Source: Candidatus Hodarchaeota archaeon
GTDB taxonomy: Archaea; Asgardarchaeota; Lokiarchaeia; Sigyniarchaeales; SOKP01
Reading direction: 5' to 3'
Length of the DNA stretch: 64,000 nucleotides
NCBI GenBank assembly: GCA_048887225.1
Contig: JBHLJY010000001.1
Location: 288,001-352,000, forward strand
The notes beneath the pieces were generated by a model, which made no database searches, was not told the DNA's origin, and saw only the letters and a list, made by a program, of their open reading frames with translations. Positions within the stretch are counted from its first letter, which is position 1. Each line of letters opens with the position of its first letter. This document shows positions 30,541 through 40,800 of the stretch, one piece after another. The position numbers and the translations under genes are program-made.

Positions 30541-31443
30541 TTAACTATACCACTTTACATTTAAAGGTTTTCTTGGAGGAACTCTATGATATTTTATGGC
30601 TGGATAACCGACTATTAAAACTCCATTTACATTCATCTTTTTCGGTATTTTGAATAATTTTTTATTTTTTTTAAAACGATTTAAGGCTTCTTGAGCAAAA
30701 CCTATCCAACATGTCCCTAGATTTCGACTTTGAGCAATTAGCATTCCATACGTTAATGCGATCCCTGCATCATTAGCGGTCATCAACTTACTTCCATATA
30801 CAGGTGCATATGTTATTATTACAACTGGAGCGTTATAAAATATATGATCTTCTCCATTTTTTGTTCTTTCAAAGAACTTGTTGAGGCTAATTTTTGTAGC
30901 CGGGTCAGATATAAGTTTTTTTACGTTTTTTGGGAGAATTGGCTTTAAAAGTTTTGCAATTTTCAATGCTTTTCTCGCCATTTTCATCATTTTTATTACA
31001 CTCTTACGAAGCTTTTCAATTTCTTGAGGATCAGTAATAATTAAGTATTTCCATGATTGCGAGTTCATAGCACTAGGAGCGTATCTCATTGCTTCAAGAA
31101 TTGCTTCGATATCTTCCTTTGGCACGGGCTCAGATTTAAAACTTCTGATTGAACGTCTACTTCGTAATACCTTCATTAAATCCTCGTAATTTATTAATGA
31201 TGATGGATTTTTTGCTCCCTCAAATTCATATGGTTTTTCTGCATCTTCGAAAATGACTGCATAACTAGGGCAAATAGATATACAGTGGCCACACTTAATA
31301 CAAGAATTATAAGGATCATTGAAAATCACATCTCTTTTATCACCAACTTTAGTAGATGGTTTGAAATATAAACTTGCTGGACACACTTTTACACATTCCA
31401 AACATGTAATGCATTTTTCTTTATTTATCCCGATAATTTTCAT
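30541..31443 (-). CDS. Nitroreductase family protein with N-terminal 2x[4Fe-4S] ferredoxin
   Basis: CITCLECVKVCP, CIKCGHCISICP, RRSIRSF, APSAMNSQSW, LGTCWIG. Confidence 0.92.
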   Translation of the reverse strand: MKIIGINKEKCITCLECVKVCPASLYFKPSTKVGDKRDVIFNDPYNSCIKCGHCISICPSYAVIFEDAEKPYEFEGAKNPSSLINYEDLMKVLRSRRSIRSFKSEPVPKEDIEAILEAMRYAPSAMNSQSWKYLIITDPQEIEKLRKSVIKMMKMARKALKIAKLLKPILPKNVKKLISDPATKISLNKFFERTKNGEDHIFYNAPVVIITYAPVYGSKLMTANDAGIALTYGMLIAQSRNLGTCWIGFAQEALNRFKKNKKLFKIPKKMNVNGVLIVGYPAIKYHRVPPRKPLNVKWYS

Positions 31444-31602
31444 ATGTAATTACTCAAGAAATACAATTAATACTTTATCCAAATTAGTTAGTTCACGATT
31501 TTTTAACATTAAATTGTTAAAAAATAAGTTAAATTTTTTAATATTGAATTGACGTTATATATATAATTAATCGTTAAATTTTTTAACGGAGAAATTTGAG
31601 TC

Positions 31603-32451
31603 GTGGCGAGTAGTTACAAGGCAATTGAAGCAATCTGTCCAATATGTGGATTATCCAAATCATTAAATGTCCCAGAAGTAATTTTTGCTCAAAAAAAATT
31701 TGGTACGATAAAAATACAAGTGCCTATTGGAGCCGTTTGTTCAGAGCATCAATTTATTATTTTTGTTGACTTAAAAGGGATAATTCGTGGATATGAGAAG
31801 ATTGATATTCAAATGACAATGCCAGCTGCTGAAACTGAATTAGAAAAAGCAGGAATTTTAACTTTAAGAAAATTAATCCAACTTTTTGGTCTTTACGGCA
31901 TTTTTTCCATGATTCATAGTAAGGTATTTAATTACCCGGTTTATATAATAATAGACGAAAATTTCAAATATAGCGAAAGAGTATTGCATGCTATAGGGGA
32001 GTTGTTATTACCAGAAAGATATAAAGGGGATAAGACCGTTCACTTACTCAAAGAAACTAATTATGGAAAAATCAAACTTAAAGAAAAGAATGCTTTATTG
32101 ATGGACACGCGTCAAAACATCCTTCAGACTCCTTGGGACGAGAAATTGAAGTTTGAAGAAGATATATTAAAAAAAGCGTTAGAAATAATAGACGAAGAGG
32201 AACAATTAGTTCTGATACAGCAAGCCATAGCAAAGTTAATCAAAGAGGCTGAGTACACTAAGAGCGTATTGGAAGATGTCAAAGAAATTTATGAAGATGA
32301 TTTAATAGAACAAATCTCAAGAGATTTAATGATACCCAAAATAACTAATTCTCGATTAAGTTTAATAAAAAATTTTATTAGACAGAGATTTTCACCTAAA
32401 TTAGCTTCGAAAATCAAGAACAAGGTGGAAGAGTTTCTCGAACTTCTTTAG
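31603..32451 (+). CDS. Hypothetical protein with N-terminal Zn-ribbon (CPIC...CxxH)
   Basis: Paralog of 29687-30490. Confidence 0.75.
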   Translation: MASSYKAIEAICPICGLSKSLNVPEVIFAQKKFGTIKIQVPIGAVCSEHQFIIFVDLKGIIRGYEKIDIQMTMPAAETELEKAGILTLRKLIQLFGLYGIFSMIHSKVFNYPVYIIIDENFKYSERVLHAIGELLLPERYKGDKTVHLLKETNYGKIKLKEKNALLMDTRQNILQTPWDEKLKFEEDILKKALEIIDEEEQLVLIQQAIAKLIKEAEYTKSVLEDVKEIYEDDLIEQISRDLMIPKITNSRLSLIKNFIRQRFSPKLASKIKNKVEEFLELL

Positions 32452-32559
32452 TTTGACATCTTTTCCTTTTAATGATTTATTCTGTATAGAAAAAGTAAAA
32501 TAAAGATCTTTAATTTATTTATAAAAATCATTTAAAAATATAATAAAATGTGATTTGAT

Positions 32560-33374
32560 ATGGATTGGGGAATGAGAAATCGATTTTCTCGAATAATTAA
32601 GCCTAAATCTGGACGCTGTGTTATGTTAGCAATAGATCATGGTTACTTTGGAAACATTCCGGGACAATTAAAGTGTTTTGATGATTTAAATCCATTGTTT
32701 GAATATGCTGATGCATTAATGCTAACTCGTGGAATGCTTAGGAACTGCGTTTCCCCTGAACTAGATATTCCAATTGTTTTGAGGGTATCCGCCGGTGCAA
32801 GTATGCTTAAAGAGCTTTCAAATGAAGAAATCAACGTGGCTTTAGACGATGCTTTGAGATTAAATGTAGCAGCGTTGACTTGTTCCATTTTTGTTGGTGG
32901 AGAATACGAAAAACAAACTTTAATGAATTTATCTAAATTAGTAAATTGGGGTCAGCAATATGGGATTCCAACATTAGCAGTTACAGCAGTAGGGCGTGAA
33001 ATGGTGAGGGATGCTCGTTATTTAGGTATGGCAAGTAGAATGGCTGCCGAAATGGGAGCAACCTTCGTTAAAACATATTATTGTGAGAATTTCGAAGAGG
33101 TCACCAGCATTTGTCCCGCACCAATAGTAATTGCTGGCGGCAAAAAAATTGAGGAAAGAGACGCATTACAAATGAGCAAGAATGCTGTTGATAAAGGGGC
33201 TGTCGGCGTAGACTATAACTATTTTATTTAGTTATAGGCGCATATATGGGAAGAAATATATTCCAATCTGACAGCCCAATCGGTATGATAAAGGCAGTAA
33301 GAGCAATAGTCCATGATAATGTTCCAGTTGATGAGGCTTTCGAAATATATAAAAATGGTCCTAAAGGATTGTAA
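32560..33374 (+). CDS. lsrF: LsrF-like class I aldolase/thiolase (DhnA family), intron-split: exon1 32560-33211, exon2 33244-33374, 260 aa
   Basis: [19 protein letters not shown] Schiff-base Lys, IAGGKK. The conserved tail [27 protein letters not shown] is in another frame after a 32-nt insert. Confidence 0.9.
33212..33243 (+). other. Putative bulge-helix-bulge (tRNA-type) intron in mRNA, 32 nt
   Basis: GCGU(33206-09)/GCGC(33238-41) 4-bp helix, bulges AGA (33210-12) and AUA (33242-44), 9-bp perfect stem CUAUAACUA/UAGUUAUAG; canonical cuts give GUA GAU AUG GGA. Confidence 0.85.
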
Positions 33375-33500
33375 GACTTTTTTTTTTTTCCTTTTTTTTA
33401 TTTTAACACTGAAAGGTATAGTTTTTATCAAGGTTAATTTAATAAATCTTTATTTATTTTTTTCCACATCAAAATGAGATTTATGAGAATATAATTTACA

Positions 33501-34466
33501 ATGACTATACCTAAGATAAAAAATCTTGAATTTAGAAAAGTGACTGATGATGTTTTACTCGTTCATCAAATAAAGGTACCAGATCAATTTTCTTGTTGTG
33601 ATGGATTGTTAATTTTACCAAAAAAAACCCGTAATTCTAATACTATTGTCCTTGATTTAAATATTGAACCTAAATATTCTATAGAAATTTATAAAAAATT
33701 AGGACCTATTTTACATTATGTTTGTACTCACGGGCACATGGACCACATGTCTCATGTATACGGATGGGAAGCATTAAATGCATCTATACATGCTCCTTTC
33801 TCTGAAGCATATTATTTGACTGATTTATACAATTTTTACAATGGTTTTGGTTTCTCTGAGATGATGGATTTTCACACAATTGAAAAATTTGCTCATATAA
33901 ATAAATATTTTAGCTGTAAAGAAGTGAATACATTTGAACCAGGAGATATCTTAAATTTTGAAAATTTCGAAGTCGAAACTATTCCATTTAAGGGTCATTC
34001 CAAAGCGCATGTTGGTCTTTACCTTCCTTCCGAAAAAATACTACATATTAGTTGTCTTGGATTTGATCAACCCGAACCTGAGGCGGAGAGATTTGGACCT
34101 TGGTATGGATTTGAAGAATGTTCTATTGAACAATATCTGAATGATATTGATATAGCAGAGACGATTTTCCTTGAACGAGCAGAATTTCTAACTTCCAGTC
34201 ATGCTTACATCGTGAAAAATCCAGATAAAACACCATTCGAATATATGAGGAGAAAAATTAAAGAAAATCAAAAAAAAATCAATATGGCAATAATAACCAC
34301 AAAATTAAGTTTAGATTTAGAGGAGAGTGCAAAAACATTATTAGAACAAGACTTATTTTTCAAGAAGAGCAAAATGAAAGGATTTCTTAAGAAAATATAT
34401 ACACTATGGGAATATTGGATAATTACAAATCATCTTCAGCGTAGTTATAAAAGCTTGGAAGTTTAA
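33501..34466 (+). CDS. MBL-fold metallo-hydrolase
   Basis: THGHMDH, GHSKAH, SSH. Confidence 0.85.
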   Translation: MTIPKIKNLEFRKVTDDVLLVHQIKVPDQFSCCDGLLILPKKTRNSNTIVLDLNIEPKYSIEIYKKLGPILHYVCTHGHMDHMSHVYGWEALNASIHAPFSEAYYLTDLYNFYNGFGFSEMMDFHTIEKFAHINKYFSCKEVNTFEPGDILNFENFEVETIPFKGHSKAHVGLYLPSEKILHISCLGFDQPEPEAERFGPWYGFEECSIEQYLNDIDIAETIFLERAEFLTSSHAYIVKNPDKTPFEYMRRKIKENQKKINMAIITTKLSLDLEESAKTLLEQDLFFKKSKMKGFLKKIYTLWEYWIITNHLQRSYKSLEV

Positions 34467-34542
34467 GGATTGTATTATTTCTAAGGCTAAGATATGTTCA
34501 TTATAAAGGATCTACAAATAAAAAATTAAAATACTTAAAAAA

Positions 34543-35592
34543 TTAATGAATTTCTGGTTCAATTATAACTTTCAACGACTCATTAGCATCACATACCACT
34601 TTAAATGCTTCTCCAACTTTACTGAGAGGGAATCGATGTGAAATCAAATCTACTACATTAATTTTTTTTGATTTTATCCATTTGTAAGCTTCATCTAAAT
34701 CTTGAGGAGCTGCACCATATGAAGTCATAATAGTAATTTCATTTCTCCAATAATCATTTATTGGGATTTCTAGGTTAATTCCGGGTTTGGGAACGGCAAA
34801 AAAAATGATTGTACTCCCTGATCCAGCACATTGTAATGCTTGCTTAGCTGCTGATAATGCACCAGTACAAACAATTACAACGTCGGGGGATCTTCCATCG
34901 TTTTTTTTTTTAATCGCTGCTAGAATATCATTATTTGCGTGAATCACTACATCAGCACCAAATTCTTTTGCTTTTCTTAAACGATAATCGCTTATATCCG
35001 TTGTGAATATTCTTTCTACATCTTTAGCTTTTGCTAACATAAGATGCAATATTCCTGAGACGCCACTACCTAATATTAAAAGAGTTTGTCCTTTTGTTAT
35101 TTTAGCTAATCTTTGAGCACGACATACACATCCCAATGGTTCAATAAATACGCCTTCATCATAAGAAACATTTTCATCAAGAAGATATACGCCTTTTTTT
35201 TCTATATTAACAGGCGGAACTCTGAGATATTCTGCAAACCCCCCAGGATCGTAATTTGTGTTGTGAAGCAAATTGCAAGCTGTATGATGCCCGAGTTCGC
35301 AGTAATGACAATTAAAACAAGGAACGTGATGAGATACAAAAACGCGGTCTCCAACTTTAAAATCTTTTACTTCTTCCCCAATTTCAACAATATCACCTGA
35401 AATTTCATGTCCAAGAACAAGACTATCAACACCAAGTTTTTTCATTTTTGCAATACGATAGTATTCTAAAATGTCAGATCCACATATTCCAGATTTTCTT
35501 ACTTTTATTAAGAGCTCCCCAGATCCAATTTTAGGTTTAGGCATCTCATCTTCTATCACTTTTTCATTGTTGTAATATCTTGCGATTTTCAT
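34543..35592 (-). CDS. Zinc-dependent (sorbitol/L-iditol-type) dehydrogenase
   Basis: GICGSD, GHE, CFNCHYC...C, GSGVSG. Confidence 0.9.
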   Translation of the reverse strand: MKIARYYNNEKVIEDEMPKPKIGSGELLIKVRKSGICGSDILEYYRIAKMKKLGVDSLVLGHEISGDIVEIGEEVKDFKVGDRVFVSHHVPCFNCHYCELGHHTACNLLHNTNYDPGGFAEYLRVPPVNIEKKGVYLLDENVSYDEGVFIEPLGCVCRAQRLAKITKGQTLLILGSGVSGILHLMLAKAKDVERIFTTDISDYRLRKAKEFGADVVIHANNDILAAIKKKNDGRSPDVVIVCTGALSAAKQALQCAGSGSTIIFFAVPKPGINLEIPINDYWRNEITIMTSYGAAPQDLDEAYKWIKSKKINVVDLISHRFPLSKVGEAFKVVCDANESLKVIIEPEIH

Positions 35593-35747
35593 AAATGATT
35601 CCCGAAAAAAATTATCCTTTAGAATATAATGTAATTTTGAGTTATTTATGAATTTTAAATTAAACTTTTTATTTATGATTATATATGTAAGTTATCGGAA
35701 TCTTCTTAAATAAAATATCTAAAATGCGTAGAATGGACGTGATTTAA

Positions 35748-36968
35748 TTGAAACTTAAAAATTTTGAAAATTTTTTAGAATTTAACGAAAAAGCGTGTAA
35801 TTTTTGCGGCCTTTGCTTTCATAAATGTCCTGTAATGAGTTTACCTCTTGACATTGCGAAAAAAGAAATTGAATCAATTATTAAAACTGGAAAATCTAAA
35901 AAAGTTTTAAATAATTGCGTTGGTTGCATGTCTTGTAACCATTATTGCCCAAATAATTGTAACCCTTATGCTTTAATTATTAATAAATGGAATGAAAAAT
36001 ACCGTAAAAAAGGTCTTCCAAATCGTGCAAACTTAATTTTAACCTTGCCATATAAAATGCCCTATATTCATTCATTTATAATTTCGAAACTTCCTAAAGA
36101 AGAATTAGAATGGATAAAAGAATGGGAGTATCATGTAAAGAATGGGAAAGAAACTATGATATACGCAGGGTGTAACCTACTTCTTCAGCCATATATTTTA
36201 CAATCTAAATTATTCGAAAATCAAACGATATTTGGCTCAACAGAGCTCTGTTGTGGTGAACCACTTTATCGTTCAGGATGTTTTGAGGGTCACGAACTAG
36301 TCGCTCAAAACCTTAAAAAAAAGTTTGAGGATATTGGTTTTAAAAAATTAATAACGCCATGTATCGCTTGTTATCATATGTTCAAATATGTTTATAAGAA
36401 AAATTATGGCATAGAAATGAATTTTGAGGTTATTTCAATAATCGATTTTTTATGGGATGAGCTTAATTCAGGTAAATATGAAATAATTCCTCTAAATTTC
36501 ACAGCCTCAATCCACGACAATTGTTGGTCTAAAGCTAGTGGCGATTATTTCTTTAATAAAGTTCGTGATATTCTTAAATTATGTGGTGTTAGAGTCATTG
36601 AGTTAGAGCATTCTCGTGAAGATGCATTATGCTGTGGTATTTCAGCAGCCAGTGCAAATTATAGTATTTTTCCTACTCTTAAACATGCAAAGATAAGATT
36701 AAAAGAGTTTAATAATTCTAAAGCAGATATAATTGTTGATTACTGCGGTGGTTGCAATTGGATATTTTTAGTTGCAAATGCGTTTTCACTTAGAAAAAAA
36801 ACCAAAAAACCTATTTATACCTTAATTGAAATCGTTCAGATGGCAATAGGAGAAATTCCTTCAGATAAATCAAAAAAAAGGGGAAAATTGATAATAAAAG
36901 CACTTATAGGGAAAATTATAAGAGCGTATTTATCAAGAGGACGTTATTATATTGAAGAAATATGTTAA
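35748..36968 (+). CDS. Fe-S oxidoreductase with CCG domains (HdrD/GlpC-like)
   Basis: CNFCGLCFHKCP, CVGCMSCNHYCP, two CCG motifs. Confidence 0.88.
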   Translation: MKLKNFENFLEFNEKACNFCGLCFHKCPVMSLPLDIAKKEIESIIKTGKSKKVLNNCVGCMSCNHYCPNNCNPYALIINKWNEKYRKKGLPNRANLILTLPYKMPYIHSFIISKLPKEELEWIKEWEYHVKNGKETMIYAGCNLLLQPYILQSKLFENQTIFGSTELCCGEPLYRSGCFEGHELVAQNLKKKFEDIGFKKLITPCIACYHMFKYVYKKNYGIEMNFEVISIIDFLWDELNSGKYEIIPLNFTASIHDNCWSKASGDYFFNKVRDILKLCGVRVIELEHSREDALCCGISAASANYSIFPTLKHAKIRLKEFNNSKADIIVDYCGGCNWIFLVANAFSLRKKTKKPIYTLIEIVQMAIGEIPSDKSKKRGKLIIKALIGKIIRAYLSRGRYYIEEIC

Positions 36969-36974
36969 TCTACC

Positions 36975-37004
36975 TTCCTAATTATAAATTTAGGAATTTT
37001 TTTT
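36975..37004 (+). terminator. Hairpin plus T-run after the Fe-S oxidoreductase gene
   Basis: TTCCTAA-N8-TTAGGAA followed by T8. Confidence 0.4.
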
Positions 37005-37160
37005 ATATTTAGATCCAATATATTGGAATCAAACACTTTATATACTCTCACTTATTTTCCATCTTAAAACATTATTTACTAAAAATCTAAAGAAAAACAA
37101 GTCTATATTTTTTTTAATTTAGACCTTAAACTCTTTAATCTAATAAAAAATATAAAAAAA

Positions 37161-37787
37161 ATGATAGGAAATAACGATATTGAAAAAATTGAAGAAATTG
37201 TTGATTCATTTGATAACGCAATGAAAAAAGGGTTCATAAGTGCATTAATTTTATTAGTTTTAGAAAAAGAAAAAAGCTACGGATACAAAATTGCAGAAGA
37301 AATTGATGAGCTCACCTCGAGTGTATTCCAACCAACAGTTTCTACATTATATCCATTGTTAAAATCATTGAGCAATAAAGATTTAATAAATTGCATAGAA
37401 GTGGATGATTCTGGTCGGAAAAAAAAGATATATGAAATAACGACCAAGGGCCAAGAAACATTGAAAATGTTGATTCAAAAACATCAGATGATGGTCGATT
37501 CAATAAAAAATATGATTATAGATACTTTAGGGATAACTGACGAAACATCGCCATCATTTTTAGAAGATTTGGAAAAATTAATCACGACTCCTCAAATGGA
37601 ATTGATTAAAGTAAAATCTATGGAATCTAAAAAAGATATATTAAATTATCATAAAAAATTACTCGAAGAACGAATTAAAAATATGCAGAAAAATATTAAA
37701 ACGATTGATAATATTCTATCAAAATTGGATAAAAAAGGTGAAAAGGATCTTGTTGAAACGCCATCTAAAAAAATTGCAAGTCATTAA
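37161..37787 (+). CDS. PadR family transcriptional regulator
   Basis: KGFISALIL...YGYKI...STLYPLL...KKIYEITTKG. Confidence 0.9.
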   Translation: MIGNNDIEKIEEIVDSFDNAMKKGFISALILLVLEKEKSYGYKIAEEIDELTSSVFQPTVSTLYPLLKSLSNKDLINCIEVDDSGRKKKIYEITTKGQETLKMLIQKHQMMVDSIKNMIIDTLGITDETSPSFLEDLEKLITTPQMELIKVKSMESKKDILNYHKKLLEERIKNMQKNIKTIDNILSKLDKKGEKDLVETPSKKIASH

Positions 37788-37814
37788 CGATAAAAATTAT
37801 AGAGGTAAATAGAA

Positions 37815-40800
37815 ATGGGAGTTATATTTAAACTTGCGATAAGGAATATGAAAAGGCGTAAGGCAAGGTATATCCTTACAACTATTACGCTTGTAATTGG
37901 TGTTGCGCTGTTTGGAGGCATTTTAATAGCCAGGGATTCTTTCAGGGTAATGTTTATCAAGGATATTGACAATCGAATGGGGACCGCTGATATTTTAATT
38001 CGTGAAACTGAAACGCAAGATGGTTGGTTTAGACCGAGTACTGTAGAGGATATTGAAAATTTACCTCACGTCGATTATGTTTCTTATAGAATAGCTGGTG
38101 AATATGTATATACGAGTTGGATCTTACATGGAAATCAACTTTATAATAGTACGAGAACTGCGGTATATGGGATTGATATCGATGATAGTGACGAGGAAGA
38201 ACTTGGAGGCAAACCGTATATTATAGATTCTGATGTAGACGGGGATACTATTGAAGAGCTCCTTGATGAGGGAATTAATAATTACGGGAAAAAAACTATT
38301 GTAATCACAGAGTCTTTGCAAATAAAGTTAGGAAAAAAATTTGAAGCGGGCAACAAAATTTGGGTACTACCTATAGATTATCATCTTATAATCGGGGAGA
38401 ACCAACAGGATGTAGCTGCTGATACAGCTTTATGGGATACATATACTGTTGCTGCTATAATACGAGATCTAGGTGAGGCAAGAGATTTTGACCCTGAAAC
38501 ACCATCAACCTATGATTCTCCTTCGTCAGGACCTTGCTTATTTGCCAACATTGAGACTGCACATGATCTCGTTGATGGTATTATTGATCGCACTGGTTTA
38601 TATAATCTTGTGGCGGTGGGTGTAGATGATCTTAATAATCTTGAAGGTATTATAGATGATATTGAAGACGAGCTAGGCGATGATTGGGTCGTAGCAGATT
38701 TAAAAACGGATACTATTGAACAAATTAATGATTCTGTTGATATGATGATGACCATACTGTTAATGTTTGCTATTATTGCTTTAATCCTTTCGATTATTCT
38801 AATAGTAAACATTTTTAATATTATAAAAGAAGAGCAAGAGTACGAGACCGGAATGCTCCAAGCTGTAGGTGCGTCAAAGTCGGAAACCTTTAAAATGTTT
38901 TTAACACAAGGAGTTGTAATGGGAGTTATTGGAACAATTATAGGTACAATTTGTTCTTTTTTTATGTCATACCTTATTTTTTATATAACAGTAGAATCCC
39001 TTAAGAACTTGCCAGGTGAATTTGGTGAAATGTTTGCCCAAACAGAATTCGAAATCATTCTATACCCACAGACCCTTGCATTAACCGTAGGTGTGGGCAT
39101 ATTTTCATGCATTATGGCTGCTATTTATCCTAGCTGGAAAGCAAGTCGAAAGCCTCTTATTGAATGCCTAAATCCTCTTGCACATAAAGCTGAAAGGGAG
39201 AAAAAACATCATAAAAGAAAGATTCTATATATTATTATAGCCTTCATGTTAATTGCTTATGGTTCTTGGCTTTTATATACTATAGTTGGATTTGGTCCTA
39301 GACGAGGAGGTAATGGTCAAGAGGGTTTGACAGAATCAACAGCATCCATTATTGCTCCTACACTTATTTTATTGGGTGTAATTGGGCTTGCGGCTATTTT
39401 TGTTGGTCCTATTACAAAGGGATTTATTAAAATCTTTGGCCCGTATTTAAAACATACAAAATTGCTAACAAAAAAAAATGTTTTAAGACATCATAAAAGA
39501 ACGGTGCTTACATTTTCAATGATTTCTCTAACGGTGAGTTATCTTGTTGGTATTAGCGTAATAATGGGTTCTCTTAGGGAAGGTGTTCACACTACTGTCA
39601 ATAACGTAATGGGGTGTGATATTCGAATATTTGCCCAAAACACACCTCAATCGTTTGAAGATGAACTTGAAGATATCGATGGAGTTGCTGATGTAATGGG
39701 AGTGTCTCATCGAAATGTACAGTTATTTCATGAAGATAGGAATAAATGGATTGGACACAGCTCATTAGAAAAGGATTGGGATAAATCCGTTACAGTACAT
39801 ATATTAGATCCCGACAAGGTTGAAAAATATATGACTGAAACAGTAATATTTGAGCCTAGTGATATGACGCTTGAAGATATGATGGACGAGATAAAAGATG
39901 AAAATACTATGATTATTACTGAGGAAGAAGCAGATTACTTTGATTTAGATGTAGATGATGAGGTATCAGTAAGATTTTCACTTGGAATAAGTTTTGCCTC
40001 TTTTGATGACATGCAAGCTTATAATACAGATAATGCTATAGAGGTTACACATGATGAAATTATAGAAGTAATAGCAATTGTCGAGAAGTTTCAAGGTTTT
40101 GCTACTGGAGAAATTATAGGTCAGGAAGAAGGCGCGTTTAATATATATGTATCATGGCAAACATATGAAGAGATTGCACGTAATAATCTTCCTGGAGGAA
40201 ATACCGATATTATATTCAGAAAAAAACCACAATCAGGAGATGATGGCATAGATTTATATGCACCTAATTGGTTCAATTTTTCGGAAGTATCTCCTATATT
40301 AAATAGTATAAGTGGAATAGATTATTATACAACACGTATGGATTATATCAGCCCAACCTTTGATCTCGCATTACCATTTAACCCGTTCAATCCAAATGAT
40401 TACATTGAGAAAATTATATATAATTCTTCTGTGGTTGGTATTAGGACGAATTCTACTGGAGATTTTGAAGATGATTCCTACTTTGGAAATCACAAATTAA
40501 TTAACAATACAGACTCAACAATGGAAGAGCTCTTAAATACTACTAAAAATGTATGTGTAATTGATCAAACATTCTTTAATAATATGAGAAGTAAGGATCC
40601 TTCATTTGGTATAGATTCAAATATTACAATATTTCCTCAAGAATTTAATCTATTTCCAAATACTATAGACACGGGGGCAGGCAATACTACTGCTATACCT
40701 AAAAATGGAACTATATCAGGCTCAGAAAATGCTCTTACTAATTCAGATAATGGTTATATTTCTTTTATAAGCAATAAAACTTCTTTGGAACTGAATATTA

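Noticed and set aside
33211-33246. Programmed frameshift or simple pseudogene explanation for lsrF
   Set aside because: There is no slippery site. The extra 32 nt are a clean insertion whose ends coincide with BHB cleavage sites, and both exons look intact.
33228-33431. 67-aa minus-strand ORF
   Set aside because: Antisense shadow of lsrF exon 2 and its T-rich terminator region.
35420-35465. Short insertion MKKLGVDS in the Zn-dehydrogenase as an in-frame BHB intron
   Set aside because: ACUAUC/GAUAGU can pair, but no 4-bp central helix with 3-nt bulges forms.
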